Shown: positions 1 through 12,900 of the stretch, in pieces
Position numbering within the stretch: the first letter of the stretch is position 1
Layout of the letters: each line of letters begins with the position of its first letter
Assembly: GCA_965644495.1 (NCBI GenBank)
Contig: CBFFSA010000010.1
Span: 310,001-374,000, forward strand
Length of the DNA stretch: 64,000 nucleotides
Direction: 5' to 3'
From: Perkinsela sp. CCAP 1560/9
Taxonomy: Eukaryota; Protista; Euglenozoa: Kinetoplastea
Position numbers and translations under genes: made by a program
Notes under the pieces: generated by a model
What the model saw: the letters and a program-made list of their open reading frames with translations, nothing else
Told to the model about the DNA's origin: nothing
Database searches by the model: none

Positions 1-27
1 CCTAACCCCCGCAAACTGCCTATCTTA

Positions 28-129
28 AAACATACAACTCTGCGAGAGCTCTCGAACGCGCTATTATTTTCCAAAATTGGACAAATTTTACGAATTTTAG
101 ACCCCCCCACCATGGGATTTTCACTCCTG
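28..129. mobile_element. Terminal inverted repeat of another copy of the Tc1/IS630-like family at 6824-8402
   Basis: catacaactctgcgagagctctc...ttttagaccccccc...tttcactcctg followed by TA matches 8303-8402. Confidence 0.8.
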
Positions 130-1399
130 TATATGAACGGAAATAAAGAGCTTGGGGGTGTTGTTCGCACTTCATATCTTCCTGCATCGCTAACTTTTTT
201 TCATCGCAAATATGCGTTATGGAGACGGTTAAGATTTGGAGGCGATTAAGAAGTGTTTTTTTAACATGCTACACACCCAAGTATGCTAAGTGGACCCTTT
301 GATTAGTTTACCTGTACGTACATGGATAAGCTTTTGTTTTCATACATGGATAAGCTTTTATTTCTTTCCTTAGCTGCTAGCAATACCTAACACATGATTT
401 AATACGAATTTGAACATTTTTTAGAGTGGGACTGCTGAGTAAAGTATAACAAATACCGTATTAATGTGTCGAACTAATGGTCACCGAATTAATGGACCCA
501 TGCAGTAATTGTGTATAGGAGCGAAGGAAGGAGACGTATTTGTATCCATTATCTGATATGAAAGCATGGCATAATAATATTTTGATGAGATTTTAGTGAA
601 AAGATGACAGATGACTAGGGGGGTGCAATAAAAATATTAAATTGTTTGTATTTATCATTATTAAAACTAATTAATTAGTAGGTGGGAGTAGTATAAACTT
701 TATACAACGTGTGGGAAAACGTAAGGTCTAGGCAAGTCTCTTAGGGAAAGTCAAACGACAACCAGCTGGTCGTGATTGCTTCATCATGCAATGCGACTCG
801 TTCTACTTGTCGGAGATTAAAAAGAAGATCAACACCCCGAGAAATAAAGAAATTTATGGTCACCGAAGTAATGGACTCACGTAGTAAGTGTGTACAGGAG
901 CGAATGCAGAAGACGTATTTGTACAGCAATTGAAAAGCAGGTTGAATATTTGTAAAATGTAAATGTTTGATTGAACGAAACATGATTGAGAAGCAAATAC
1001 GTTTCAGTAATCTAGGGTAGAGCGGCAGTCATACAACGACGAAAAATGGGCTCTTCTAAACATTTCGTGCGTATCGCCCCACAGACCCCCCATACACCGT
1101 CCCTCCATAGGCCCGAGCATGGACTCCCATTTTCTTCCCTTTTTGGGTCTTCTTTTGGACCACCGGGGCCCTAATTAATATTTTTCTTTCTATTATATTA
1201 CTGTGTTCTTCTTTATGTTTTCCCTGTTTTCGTCCGTCGAAAATGGTAAACAACGTCCCCTTTCAAAAAAAATATGTCACTTATTCTCTTTTGAGACCTT
1301 TTTTGGGACCTCGACTAACCTTCTACGCCGTTCATTTCAGGGGATACCCTTTATTATAGCTAGGGCTACCAAAATCGCTCATTGTCAGGGACTCTGTAA

Positions 1400-2700
1400 A
1401 TACGCTTGTCACCTGTCCCAAGCCCGAATTTGCCACGCGTTTCTCTACTGATTAGGGAAGGATCGAAGCTTGATGCACTGAAGTGCAACGTTCCTTTTCA
1501 GGTCCATCGAAATCATTCCGAATACGTGATGCTGCTGCTTTACTCACCCTTTGATCGTACTCTTCACGCCTTCGGCAATATTTGTATGGTACCCGTGGGC
1601 CACAACAAACTCCTTACTATGATTAAGAGCAATGCATCTGCAACATTTCCCAAAATCAACCTACCACTCCAACAATCAAAAACCACGAGGGAGCGTTCTC
1701 TTGTCAGAATAAAATTCTCCAAGGTAGCCTTCGCACGAGTCTTCACCAATTTCCAGTGGGTTCTTCCACTTTTCCGTCCAATCACCTCGGAAATGGTCAC
1801 AAGCCACCAGCATTCTTTTGGTTGTCGTCTTCCGCGGTTATGTTTCGTTTTGCCAACGTAAGTTTTATCAACTTGAACTTCTGAGAGCTCATAGTTTGCA
1901 TTTTCTTCTTGATGAAGGGTGGCATTTCCTACGTCGTGGAGAATCTTGGTGCGCCATGTCCTGGCGCAAACCACGGTTCCTACTGATTTGTCCGGGGCTC
2001 AAGGTATTTGCTATGTCCTCCCACAAACTCAAAAGCAAACGTCGTGTCATGTGAGTTCTGGTAGTGAGAAATGTCATGAAACATGGAAATTTAAAATTTT
2101 CGCCTGCAGCTGCTTTGCGCTGATATTTCATGGTAACTGCACATCACGACATCACTGGGCCAGCCTGCAATGCGAACCATGTGATCTTCATGCTCAGGGC
2201 ACGTTGGTTTCTGGAATAGGCCATGATATTCTCACACAACGCACGGCGGCAACAATTTGTGGAACATTCACAACGCCACGACACGTCATGACACATACAA
2301 ACCCTACACACCAAGTACACATTGGGGAAAGTGGAGGCACCCGAATAATCTCCCAGATCCTTGCAGCCTGCGTAGCCAATTCTTCCAGCTGTGTCTCTCG
2401 ACGACGTCTTCGGGATTTACATTTAAAAGCTTCAAGAAAGCGTGCAAACGCCTGCGCTGAAGAATCTTCAGGAGGAATTCCAGTACTGTAACCCGGCTTG
2501 TTCTTCTTCTTCGTGATTGGTGCGGCTTGCCGCCTTGGGATTGCCGCCCCCTGTCTTATTAGCGTCTTCGAGAACATTTTGCAAAGACGATGTCGGTCCA
2601 GACGTTGGACGATTGCCATTAAATGCTTGAGGTATACATGCTTGGTCTGGGGCGATACTTGGAGGAGCTTAATACACAGTGACGTTAAAAAATGTCTCAA
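1400..2700 (-). pseudogene. Decayed Merlin/IS1595 (ISXO2-like) DDE transposase
   Basis: VQVDKTYVGKTKHNRGR motif (ORF 1564-1974); NHSKEFV..GYHTNIAEG in another frame (~1570-1625); upstream Cys-containing segment; frameshifted. Confidence 0.8.
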
Positions 2701-3452
2701 TGTTATGAAAAAATATTTTGTTGAAATGAAAGACGTTTACCGACACGAAGGAAGAAAGTCTTCGGAGCCATTACTCTATGTATGGTCCGATACGGTAATA
2801 CAACAAGTAAAAATTCTCTTTCCGCTAATTCTGTGTTGAAATTCGTCCACAGCACCGTTTTAATTATTCGTCGGATCTAAGTTTTTCTGTGGTTTTACTT
2901 GGTCTCTCGTATATCCTCTGTAGGTGTTTCCAATTTCGGGTAAATTAAAGCAAAATTCGATTTTTTCAAATATTTCACAGTTTTGGGGAGTTTTAAAGTT
3001 TTGAGTAGAGATAAAAAATTTCAACTTAGTTAGTGTGTTGAACCTAGTGTGCTCCCCGTTTGATAGAGACCCCCCCTCAGACCCCCCTTTAATAGAGACA
3101 AAATTGGGTGAAGAATTTTTTTGGGGGGGAGCCTTTTTTTTCGGGAGGGGCGAAAGTGGGGAAGAAAATTTTGTTTGTCCCTTAAAAAGGGAAGAAAAAT
3201 ACTTAAAATTCACTGAGCACTCAATTCGTGGTTTCGTTAAATGCGGTGGTTTTTTTCAACATAGACTAAAGCGCATGTTGACCTCGTTTCACATGAGCCG
3301 CATTTATGTGCAAATCAATTCCACCACGTACAAAAGTATCACGGATATACATTGTAGTACATTAAGTAATACCATGGGAAATATGTAGGGGGTTGACAAT
3401 AGATGTATCGTAGTTGTTATATTCGTAGATGAGGGAGAGTTCTTATGTAGAT

Positions 3453-3564
3453 GAGAGGCTTCGGGTATGACCCTGTTTTGAGGTCGTTCAACCACCTTCC
3501 CGAGCCAAATCCGCTCTCGAGAGATCTCGCGCGATCTTGTCTTGGGCCTCACCCGCAGCCCCTC
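3453..3564. mobile_element. MITE of the GAG...CTC family related to 16148-18680
   Basis: Ends gagaggcttcgggt / acccgcagcccctc; flanks agat / aggt. Confidence 0.7.
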
Positions 3565-3599
3565 AGGTGTGAGGGGGTAAAATGGTTTGGAAGACAGAA

Positions 3600-3745
3600 T
3601 GAGGAATTTGAACCGCACGGAATTTGAACATCCGTTGTTTCTTAATAGAAATGTAGGAGACATGTGCCCCACGCCACTTTGAAGGGGGGAATGAAAGGAA
3701 ACTGACCATTGAATATGCAAAGGCTATTAGTATTCCAGTAAGCAA
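3600..3745 (+). pseudogene. hAT transposase fragment
   Basis: DNA similarity to ~47620-47735 (HPLFLNR..CPTP..ELTIEYAK). Confidence 0.7.
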
Positions 3746-3773
3746 AGGCTTCTGCAACTGAAGCGCCGTTTTA

Positions 3774-4104
3774 CAGTGCGTGGTGTTATTACGGGACGGC
3801 TTAATTACGGGACAGGTATTTAAGGGACAATATAGGAGTGGGGTCATTTTTGGAATGGGACAAGAAAACTACAAGTGTAGCGTACAAGTCACAGAGCGCG
3901 CAAGTTATCAGGCACACATAAAAATGTATTTGTAAGATAACTGAACAAAAAGGAGATACATAAAGGAAGATAATTGAAAGAAAAAGGTATAGTAGAGGCT
4001 TAGAAATCAAAACGGAGAATTAAGGGACGGTTAATTACGGGACACTTTGGCCCTGATGGGGGGTGTCCCTTAATTAACCCGTCCCGTAATAAAGCCCCGC
4101 ACTG
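3774..4104. mobile_element. Tc1/mariner-type MITE
   Basis: TA|cagtgcgtggtgttattacgggacgg ... ccgtcccgtaataaagccccgcactg|TA; the same right end recurs at ~62686-62714. Confidence 0.75.
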
Positions 4105-4203
4105 TACACCTTGCGTTCCTGTATCTCTTACTTTCACGGTCCTCGAAAGTCTTTTTTCCCATACATTCCTATATTACATTTTCTTTCCTGTGTCAAATTC
4201 GCG

Positions 4204-5163
4204 ATGTTCGGTCTCAGACTCCATCTCGAGGACACACAATCATCACCGTCAAAGTGTCATCGAGTTGACTACATTTCTCCGGAACCTGACGAGACGCCAC
4301 AAACCGCACTCTCGAGTGTGCGTACCGCTAAAGTACGCGGTGCCACCTTGCCCCAAGAATACGACCTTGTACGATTTATATCTCATATTCAAAACCCGCA
4401 CCCCTCATGGAAGCCTTCAACGCCTGCGTGTCAGTGGGAAGGCGTCATATGCGACACAGACCTGCTGGTCAGAAAGCTTCAGTGGAAAAGCTTCTGGACG
4501 TGGCACGGTCACATCGTTTTCTCCGGCTCACTACAGTGGGGGTATTTCCCCCGTACCGTGGTTGATTGTTCGATTGGGGGACATGAGCTCACAGGGCACC
4601 TTGCACTGAATTTACTTCCATCAAAATTGATCCACCTTGATCTCAATGATAACACCTTCAGCGGGTCGTTGGAGCTAAGGCACCTCCCGGAGAATATAAA
4701 ACTATTTTCCGCCCATTCGAATCAGTTTTCAGGCCCCATTGACTTAGTCCATTTGCCGCCAGGCATAGTCCATTTAGACCTTTCAGGAAATCTTCTCTCA
4801 GGAGGTATAAACTTGGTTTCTTTGTCGGGCTCGCTGAAGAATCTTGACTTGTCCTGCAATCATTTCGAAGGGTGTGTTGAGTTCACGCATTTGCCGCCGC
4901 ATATGACTAAACTACGTCTTAGTAGAAACCAACTTTCTGGGCACATCAACCTTTCGTACTTGCCGCAAAATTTATTCCGAATTGATTTATCTAGCAATCG
5001 CTTTGAAGAATTGGAAAAGCTCGGCACTTTGCCGACAAAATTAGAAAATCTGGACTTGAGCAGGAATAGAGAATTGCGTGGTAAAATTAATAAGTCTGTT
5101 TTTCCTGCATCATTGGTTGGATTCAGTGCATACCATACATGCCTTCAGGTTGAGCCGGCCTAG
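4204..5163 (+). CDS. Leucine-rich repeat protein of the dispersed family
   Basis: KVRGATLPQEYDL motif, PACQWEGVIC N-cap, ~8 repeats of 23-aa LPxxLxxLDLSxNxFSGxxxLxx; first ATG at 4204. Confidence 0.85.
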   Translation: MFGLRLHLEDTQSSPSKCHRVDYISPEPDETPQTALSSVRTAKVRGATLPQEYDLVRFISHIQNPHPSWKPSTPACQWEGVICDTDLLVRKLQWKSFWTWHGHIVFSGSLQWGYFPRTVVDCSIGGHELTGHLALNLLPSKLIHLDLNDNTFSGSLELRHLPENIKLFSAHSNQFSGPIDLVHLPPGIVHLDLSGNLLSGGINLVSLSGSLKNLDLSCNHFEGCVEFTHLPPHMTKLRLSRNQLSGHINLSYLPQNLFRIDLSSNRFEELEKLGTLPTKLENLDLSRNRELRGKINKSVFPASLVGFSAYHTCLQVEPA

Positions 5164-5881
5164 TTCTAAGTCTATCGTTTTGTTGCGATTCCCCCCTCTT
5201 ATGCGAAACATAGAAACGTAATGCGAAACGTAAAAACGCAAAAAGTATTTCAGCGATTCTTTCGTTATTGTGTATGGACTTGTACATGCACGATATCATT
5301 TCGGAAAAATCCAAAAAAGAAAACTCATAATTTTTTACCCAAAAATGTCTGTTCAAAAGATATCCGTTTACCGTATTTTTCTGTGGTTACGCAGCGAGAT
5401 TCCAGTCAAAACTGTCCCTTTTTGCCCCCAAAAATTTTAAAAGTTTCTTCGTCAGATTCGCCTCCTACCCCTACAGGAGGGGAGGTGGGGTACTGGTAAG
5501 GCATCAAAAACGGCCCAAATTTGGGGTAAAAGTTCGCTCTTTTCGCCTAAAGATCGAGTGACTTCTAAGTTGAAAACAATCACCGAACGAAGCCACTAAG
5601 AAAGAAATTAAAATAATCCAAAAGCCTTTTAAAAGTAGCAAAAAAGAGCACTACGCTAAACGCATATTCGTGTTAACTACACCAAAAATACAGAGCACAA
5701 CGAGCCCTCCAGACAGGTAAACTAGGCCACACAGTATTCAGTAGCAAAAAAATATTAATATTTGCACCCCCCTATTTAATTGTCCGTTTTCCCGAAAAGC
5801 GGTGACAATTAAATAGGGGGGGTACAGTACTCTTTAGCGTGAAAAATTTCTTAACCTACTCTTTTCCTAATCCTACTCATA

Positions 5882-6795
5882 AACCCCCCACACAGTTATT
5901 ATTATTATAATTTAATTCTAATATATTATTATTAATACGGGGATAGCTGGGCGGGGAGTTCATGGGAGGTTATTATTCAGATTCAAAAACAGGAAATTTG
6001 TGAATAATAAGTATAATTGTGAATAATATGTGTAACTGACACTTATTATTCACAATTATACTTATCCCCATGCGCCCAGCAAGAGAAATAGGGATCTCGT
6101 CGAAGTTCATTGCTAAAAAGTAGTTCAAGAGCTGGGACACATCGCTGAAGATGGTCGCGGTGTGACGATGCAACTGACCCACGTGACGATGCAACTTCTT
6201 CTTTCCATTTATAAAGCTACTCTCTGCGATGGACGGCATACAATCCTTTCCGGGTCACGCGTACCCTGTGCTGCAGGCGAGCAGTAGCAGAATAGCAATA
6301 GCAAAATCAGGTATTTTGCGAGTTCCGCGCCTTTGATTGAAGGAGGGTAAAAATTAAGATCCATTGTCTTCTTCAGAAGTCTCTTGTTCAGACGACTCCT
6401 GTTCGGAAGAATCGAAGGCTCCGATAAATCGGACGGCGAAAGTTCAGAATCAGTGTGAGTTTGTTCGCGATCGTCTCCATCACTGGCCTCCGCGTTCTCA
6501 ACATTATCATCTACAAACGAAGTCGCTGATAGAGCTCACTTCAGGTGATAGACCCTATAAGAGGGTGAGAGAGCTCACTTTATCATCGCTAACCTCATAA
6601 AAATTTGCATCTTTTACTCCTTCTTTGTGCGCATCTATCTTGAGTTCAAACAAGTTGTCCACGAGAGAAACGAGCTCGATAGTCAAAGGCATGAAATAAG
6701 GACTTTTTATGAAAATTTCCAAAACCAAAACGAATGTGAATAATAAAAAATGTGAATAATAACTGTACTTGTGAATAATAACTGTGAGGGGGGTT
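5882..6795. mobile_element. Non-autonomous TIR element with TA TSD
   Basis: TA|aaccccccacacagttattatt ... aataataactgtgaggggggtt|TA; internal tgtgaataataa repeats; no intact ORF. Confidence 0.7.
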
Positions 6796-6823
6796 TAGGT
6801 TAATTTCTTAACCCACCCACGTA

Positions 6824-8402
6824 CAGGGGTGAAAACCTCCATCTGGGGGGGTCTAAATTTTTTAAAAACTTTTCAATTTTGTAAAATAATAGCGCATTCG
6901 AGAGCTCTCGCAGAGTTGTATGTCTTGTCTGGTAGTTGTCTGGTAGCTTTTAACATATCAAAGTGGAACTACAAATGCCGAATAGGTCAAAAACTCGAAT
7001 TGTCACTTGAAAAATGATACAAAAAAGTTAAAAAATAACGTTTTTCCCCCCAAAAAGATTGTTAGTAACCCCTGTTAGTATCCGCAATGTGCACCGTTCT
7101 TTTCTACAATGATTCTACAACGCTTTCTGAAGCTTTTTAGCGTATTCTCAAATTTGGATATTTGTTCTGTCTTAAGTTTATCATAGGAATCATGAATTGC
7201 GGAGAGTAATTGTTGTTGATTTTTGGGTTGAATTTGGTCCTTTGTCCCGTCCATTATTGACCAAAGATTTTCTATGGGGTTTAAATCAGGGGATCGTGCT
7301 GGCCATCGGAGCCAAGAATAACCCTTTTCTTGGGCCGCGGCACGAGCCTTATTATGTGCCGGGCAATTGTCCATCACTATTGTGGCCAGATGTCTCCTTA
7401 AAATATTGGAACAGACCCCCCTTTTTTTTCATGGCTTCATAAAAATTTTGTCCCTTTACAGTTACTTTGTTTCCTTGAGAATCATGGGTAGGAAAGACGT
7501 GTAAATGAAACCCATGCTTTAAGCTCACCCCCATCCAAACCATAATACCTTCTCCACCATGATAGGGTTCTAATTCCCCTGTTTGTTCTTTGGGGGGGGT
7601 CAGATTTTCGGCAAAGGTACGTGGGTCGGGTGGATCTTTTGCACGTAAATTTTTTTTCGTCGCAGAAAATAATATTTTCCAGCGCAGCGTCGCTCCACTG
7701 TAGCACTTCAGTGGCAAATTGCACTCTGCGCTCCTTATGATTATTAGATAAGAAAGGGGTCTTTAAAGCTGTTCTGAGCACAATTTTTTCTTTTGAGTTT
7801 TTCAACATGTTCCTTAGGGATGTTATTGAACATGTGAAGCGACGTCGCTTTACCTCTCTCCAGAGCTCGCTCCAAGTGGAGATACCATAAGGAAGGTCAC
7901 GATAAGCGTCATCAATAAGCTTTAAAGATACTTTCATAAGATCAGAGGTGGTGACCCTAGGTTGACGCGTAGGGGATGGACTGGCCGCGTCGCCAGTGCA
8001 ATTAAATCTTTCCACCCAGAGTTTCATAGTTCCCTCGTGGACACCAAAATTTTGGGCAGTCCGGGAATAAGACTCTGTTTTCTCAAAGTCCGCCACAAGA
8101 AGCATCCTGTGACATTCCTTAATCTTCCCTGGTGAGGCATAGGAGCGTGCGCTCAAAACACCACGGGAAGTCCTTGAGCGAACTCGCTTTTGAAGCATAA
8201 AATGGGGAAAAATAAAAAATTGCCACATTTTCACAAGAAAAAAAATTATTTTTTTGTCATCAGATTAAATCTTTCAAGTCGAGCGTTCCGAATACGCCAA
8301 AGACATACAACTCTGCGAGAGCTCTCCAATGCGCTATTATTTTACAAAATTAAGCAAATTTTACAAATTTTAGACCCCCCCAGATGGAAGTTTTCACCCC
8401 TG
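6824..8402 (-). mobile_element. Tc1/IS630-type DNA transposon with frameshifted transposase (~7075-8234)
   Basis: ~100-bp imperfect TIRs (caggggtgaaaa... / ...ttttcacccctg) with TA flanks; HTH region, FCDEK, DNCPAH and WPARSPDLNPIENLW motifs split over three frames. Confidence 0.9.
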
Positions 8403-8575
8403 TATGTGTCCACCTTCATAGGTTAAAACCCCCCACGTAAGAGTCCGGAAACTTCTGATCCCCCACTTAAGCGTCCAATTCATTTTTTTACTGTCTTCTT
8501 CTTTTCGCTTGCAAAAATCGGTCTCTCACCCTCCATTCTTTTCTCTCTCCCTTATCTACCCCCTTCCTCTTCCTC

Positions 8576-9682
8576 ATGGAAACGCGCAGTGCCAAAAAAT
8601 CCACCGCAAAACGTAACCGCCATGATACCACCACCACAACCACAACCGAACCCCAACCCCTACAACAACACCAACAACAGTCCTCCTCTCCCCTTCTCGA
8701 GGACCCCCCAACCTCCACCACCGGGTTCAAACCCCTCCAATGCCTCGAGGCCTGCGGTATCCCCAGCACCGACCTCCGGCGGCTCATCGACCACGGGTTC
8801 CACACCGTGGACGGGGTCGCCCAGGCCCCCCTCAAGGCCCTCCTGGCCGTCCGCGGCATCTCGGACACCAAGGCCGAGCGCATCCTCTCCGAGGCGAAGC
8901 GGCTGGTCCCGATGGGGTTCACCACCGCGACGCTGTGCCTGGAGGCACGCAGGGAGATCCTCCGGGTCACCACGGGCGCCCGGGAGATTGACCGGCTCCT
9001 CGGGGGCGGGGTCGAGACGGGCTCCCTCACCGAGCTCTTCGGGGAGTTCCGCTGTGGGAAGACCCAGCTGTGCCACACGCTGTGTGTGACGTGTCAGCTC
9101 CCGGTGGACCAGGGGGGGGCGGAGGGGATGGCGCTGTATATCGATACCGAGGGCACGTTCCGGCCGGAGCGGCTGGAGGCGATTGCGCAGCGGTACCAGC
9201 TCGACCCCGCGGGGGTGCTGGATAATGTGGCCTACGCCCGGGCGTTTAACTCGGACCACCAGCTGGAGTTGCTCGCGAAGGCGGGGGGGATGATGGCGGA
9301 GACCCGGTTTGCGTTGGTGGTGATTGACTCCGCCACGGCGCTGTACCGGACGGATTACACAGGGAGGGGGGAGTTGGCCGCACGACAGGGCCATTTGGGG
9401 AGGTTCCTCCGCGGACTTACGAATATGGCGGAGGAGTTTGGGGTGGCGGTGGTGCTGACGAATCAGGTGGTGGCGCAACCGGATGCGGGTCCGATGGCGG
9501 GGTCGGATGCGAAAAAGCCCATTGGGGGGCATATTATGGCCCACGCCAGTACCACGCGGTTGAGTTTGCGGAAGGGGAAGGGGGAGCAACGGGTGATGAA
9601 GGTATATGACTCCCCGTGCTTGCCGGAGAGCGAGGCGGTGTTTGGGATTTATGAGGATGGGATTGCGGATGTGAGGGATTGA
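8576..9682 (+). CDS. RAD51: DNA recombinase RAD51
   Basis: [10 protein letters not shown] Walker [28 protein letters not shown] (RAD51-type rather than DMC1), [23 protein letters not shown]. Confidence 0.96.
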   Translation: METRSAKKSTAKRNRHDTTTTTTTEPQPLQQHQQQSSSPLLEDPPTSTTGFKPLQCLEACGIPSTDLRRLIDHGFHTVDGVAQAPLKALLAVRGISDTKAERILSEAKRLVPMGFTTATLCLEARREILRVTTGAREIDRLLGGGVETGSLTELFGEFRCGKTQLCHTLCVTCQLPVDQGGAEGMALYIDTEGTFRPERLEAIAQRYQLDPAGVLDNVAYARAFNSDHQLELLAKAGGMMAETRFALVVIDSATALYRTDYTGRGELAARQGHLGRFLRGLTNMAEEFGVAVVLTNQVVAQPDAGPMAGSDAKKPIGGHIMAHASTTRLSLRKGKGEQRVMKVYDSPCLPESEAVFGIYEDGIADVRD

Positions 9683-9726
9683 GGTTGAAGTAGTGTTGGG
9701 GCGCAGCGGCTAGAGCGCTGTGTTCA

Positions 9727-9778
9727 CTTCACTATACATTGTACTTCACTATACACTGTACTTCACTATACACCGTAC
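9727..9778. repeat. 17-bp tandem repeat x3 (ttcactatacaytgtac)
   Basis: Read directly; a related reverse-complement motif (tacagtgtatagt) is repeated at ~40004-40045. Confidence 0.8.
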
Positions 9779-9955
9779 ATGTATGTGGTGCATTGGGATA
9801 TGTCAGAGATCATGACAAAGTAGAGAAAAGTATACTAACCTAGCGTAACAATGTGCTTTCTGGAAACGTTAAGAGCCTTTATTTTCTCATGGATTTATAA
9901 TGTGCTAATGCTAAGGTAGTGCGCTAACCAGTTGCACACCTTTTTGACTTTTTCA

Positions 9956-12900
9956 ATGCCTCATATTAGTCCTGTAAAGGAAAGTGGTGGACCGCGTTTC
10001 GATGAGTGGTCGAAAGTACAGGAAGCATATCCAAACATCGACCTTGTTCGTGTACTCGAGTACTTTCTCCGCGATCGCAGATTTCCTCCAGCTCAGTGGT
10101 CACAGATAATCAAGTGCATTGTACGTGACATTGGCGGTATTCGAGATTCACCTTTTTGTCCCAATCGTCATCGCCGCTTGATGGAACGTGTATTGCTTCA
10201 GCTGACGACGGAGAAGTTACAAGCGGACCCTTTTCGGAAATCGCTTCAAGTAGCACAATTCTTTATGGATTGCTTGGAGACTATGGTACAGACTTGCTTG
10301 CAAGATACCCTGGAACATCACCAAGGATTGGGCGGAACAAGAATTGCACGGAAAAATTATCTGTCGGATATCACCTTGGAGGACAGAAACAGCTTTTCGG
10401 CACACCAAATTGTATCAATGCGAGAAAAATCTTACAGACCCACAAGGCGAAGCAAAAAGAAGCCTCAAAGTCGAGCGCTGAAGAAAGCTCGCTGGTACAC
10501 ACTAGAAATATTCGTAATGTTCGACATCACACCGCTGATGGAACCTGCATGTGCCATGACAGATCACTTCGTGTCAATGCTTGTAATAGATCACGCAATA
10601 GCTGGCAAGGAAACGATATGTCGGGGACTGCCCCAGTATAATTTGGAAGAGTGCTCTACCTCGGGGAACGTGTCATCTTGCCTTCTTTCGAGCGCTTCAT
10701 CCCTGACCTTAGTGCCAACCACTCAGATAAACATGTCTCCCACTCTTCACGATGCTTCAGATGAATCGTCGCGGAGCAGTTTTTCGCATTTTTTCAGAAA
10801 TACATGTGGAGCGATGCCCGTCCCTTCTAATATTTCTTACGCCTTAGTCACGTCGAGAAGAGTCACGGTCGACCATAAAGCACTTAATATCGCTGATGCA
10901 ATGTTGTCATGCAAATCCAGCGTTCAATTCGTTTGCACAGCGGAGGATCTTACAAAATTAGTGCATCAAATTACTTCACGAAATGCGGATTCCTCATTTG
11001 TTATTCACCGCGCTCACTCCACATTGTATCTTCATCAGAGTCAGACGCCGATAAGTGGCTTACACAGCGTTGTAGACACTTTCGAGAATGCTCTAAAGAA
11101 TAAAATTTCCTTTGGAGACATTTTTCAATCCAACGTGTCCGCATCGGATTCAGCTGAGAAGGCATCGTCTTTTGCCTATGATAAATCGTTGTACCAAACA
11201 AGTGTGCATGCTGAAATGACTTCTTCCTGCGAGTTCAATGACGCTGTGCTATGGACCATGCCCGAACTTCGACTCCTAGTATCAGCGCCGCCCTGTTTTT
11301 TGAATGGCAACGGACAAAGATTCCTACGGAAGATTTACAATGAAAGACATTCTCTACCCTATACGGAGCTCTGGCTTGAGTGCAATCTATGCCGCGCCAC
11401 AGGGGTAGCCGTTACCCTCTGGAATTATGCTGGGACGACAACGGAGAAGATTTTGTCCGCTAAGGAATTAAGTGAGCAGTCCGACAAGAGCTATAATATC
11501 TCCCAGATGCAACAGAATGTTGAGCGGCTTCTTCTTTGGCTGAAAAGAACTTGCGTACAGGATGTTGCATACAAACTTGCCTACGATTCTTCAGAGAAAT
11601 CTCGACGTTTAGTTCTTTTTGGGTTAGCGCACGAGGGACAACATGAAACAAAAAGTGGGCTACAGGAAAACATTGTGAACATGTGTTGTCTAACAGAGGT
11701 CATACTGATTCACACCGCAGCCAGATTAGCATCTATAGAGCAAGCGCTGACCAGGACTTTTGAGGTAAACGTCGAGGCACTAATTTCTGAACTGGAAGGC
11801 CTATTAAACGCAACAGTGCGCCTGCAAAAAAGTGCGCCACACGTCATCAGAATTAGACTGACCAGAATGGAAGCCCAGATTCATTTGCTGCTTTCAATTC
11901 TAGAAATAGAAATTTTTGAAAAGAGTACACGATCTATAGAATCTCCATATACGAGTAAAACAGACTCCAAGATACGTCCGCAAGAAATCGTCCTAAAGTC
12001 AGAAAATAGTCATGAAAAGAAGTCCCCATTTCTTGTCGCCTTGTTGCATTTGAGTGACACATGTGCTACTTTGGAATCGTTCTTTCAATATTGTATTCAG
12101 GAAATCCGATCATCGATTTCATGCCAACATACCACTGGAGCAAATCTGGGTTCGCAAGAAGAATTTTGTTTAGAAGCCTTGTATACGTGCCAAGGTGTAT
12201 TGCAGCATTGCATTCTGCAGCATTGTAAATTATTCTTATCTACAACGACGAAGGATATGGAGCTGTCAACGTTCGTACTAGATATGGCAAGAAAAGCGAG
12301 GCGTTGTATTGAACGTTATGCCAAAATCTCACGCTCCGCATTCATCTCAATACTAAAGTTCAACCAGGTGCTAACTGATGCTATTCTTTGTATCGTGAGA
12401 ATACGTTCGGAATCAAAAGACATTTCCGTACATTTTCAGTCCTGTCTTTCATTTTTAAGTGAGGGCCAACAAATCATCGACACGGTTTTGCATACAGAAA
12501 GCATACAAATACTGTCAGCAGAACACTCCAAAATTATTTGCGATTTGCATACTTGCGTGTATGCCTCCGCAGCAACATTTTACACGCGCAGGCACCGATT
12601 TACAAAAGCGCGCGAGACATTAACCACCGCACTGCAAATCCCTACGCTCGATAAAGATTTTCTCCTCATCTTGCTTTCCTGGGTTCATGGATACGCCGCG
12701 CTCCATTCTACTCGACAGGATGAATACTTGCAGCACCTGAATCTCGCTGTTCGGTGCGAACCCCCGCACCCCTTCCTTGTCCTTATTTACTGTGCAGAGC
12801 ACAATAAACTGACTCTTGCGGACAACGAAATGGAAAGTACTTTACAAGCGCTACTGAAAGGTATCACTTCATTAGATTTGATAGAACGTTGGATATCCTA

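Noticed and set aside
8488-9589. Long alternative-frame and antisense ORFs over RAD51 (likewise over HscB, the methyltransferase and PGK)
   Set aside because: Expected by-product of extreme GC3 and skew; no recognisable motifs.
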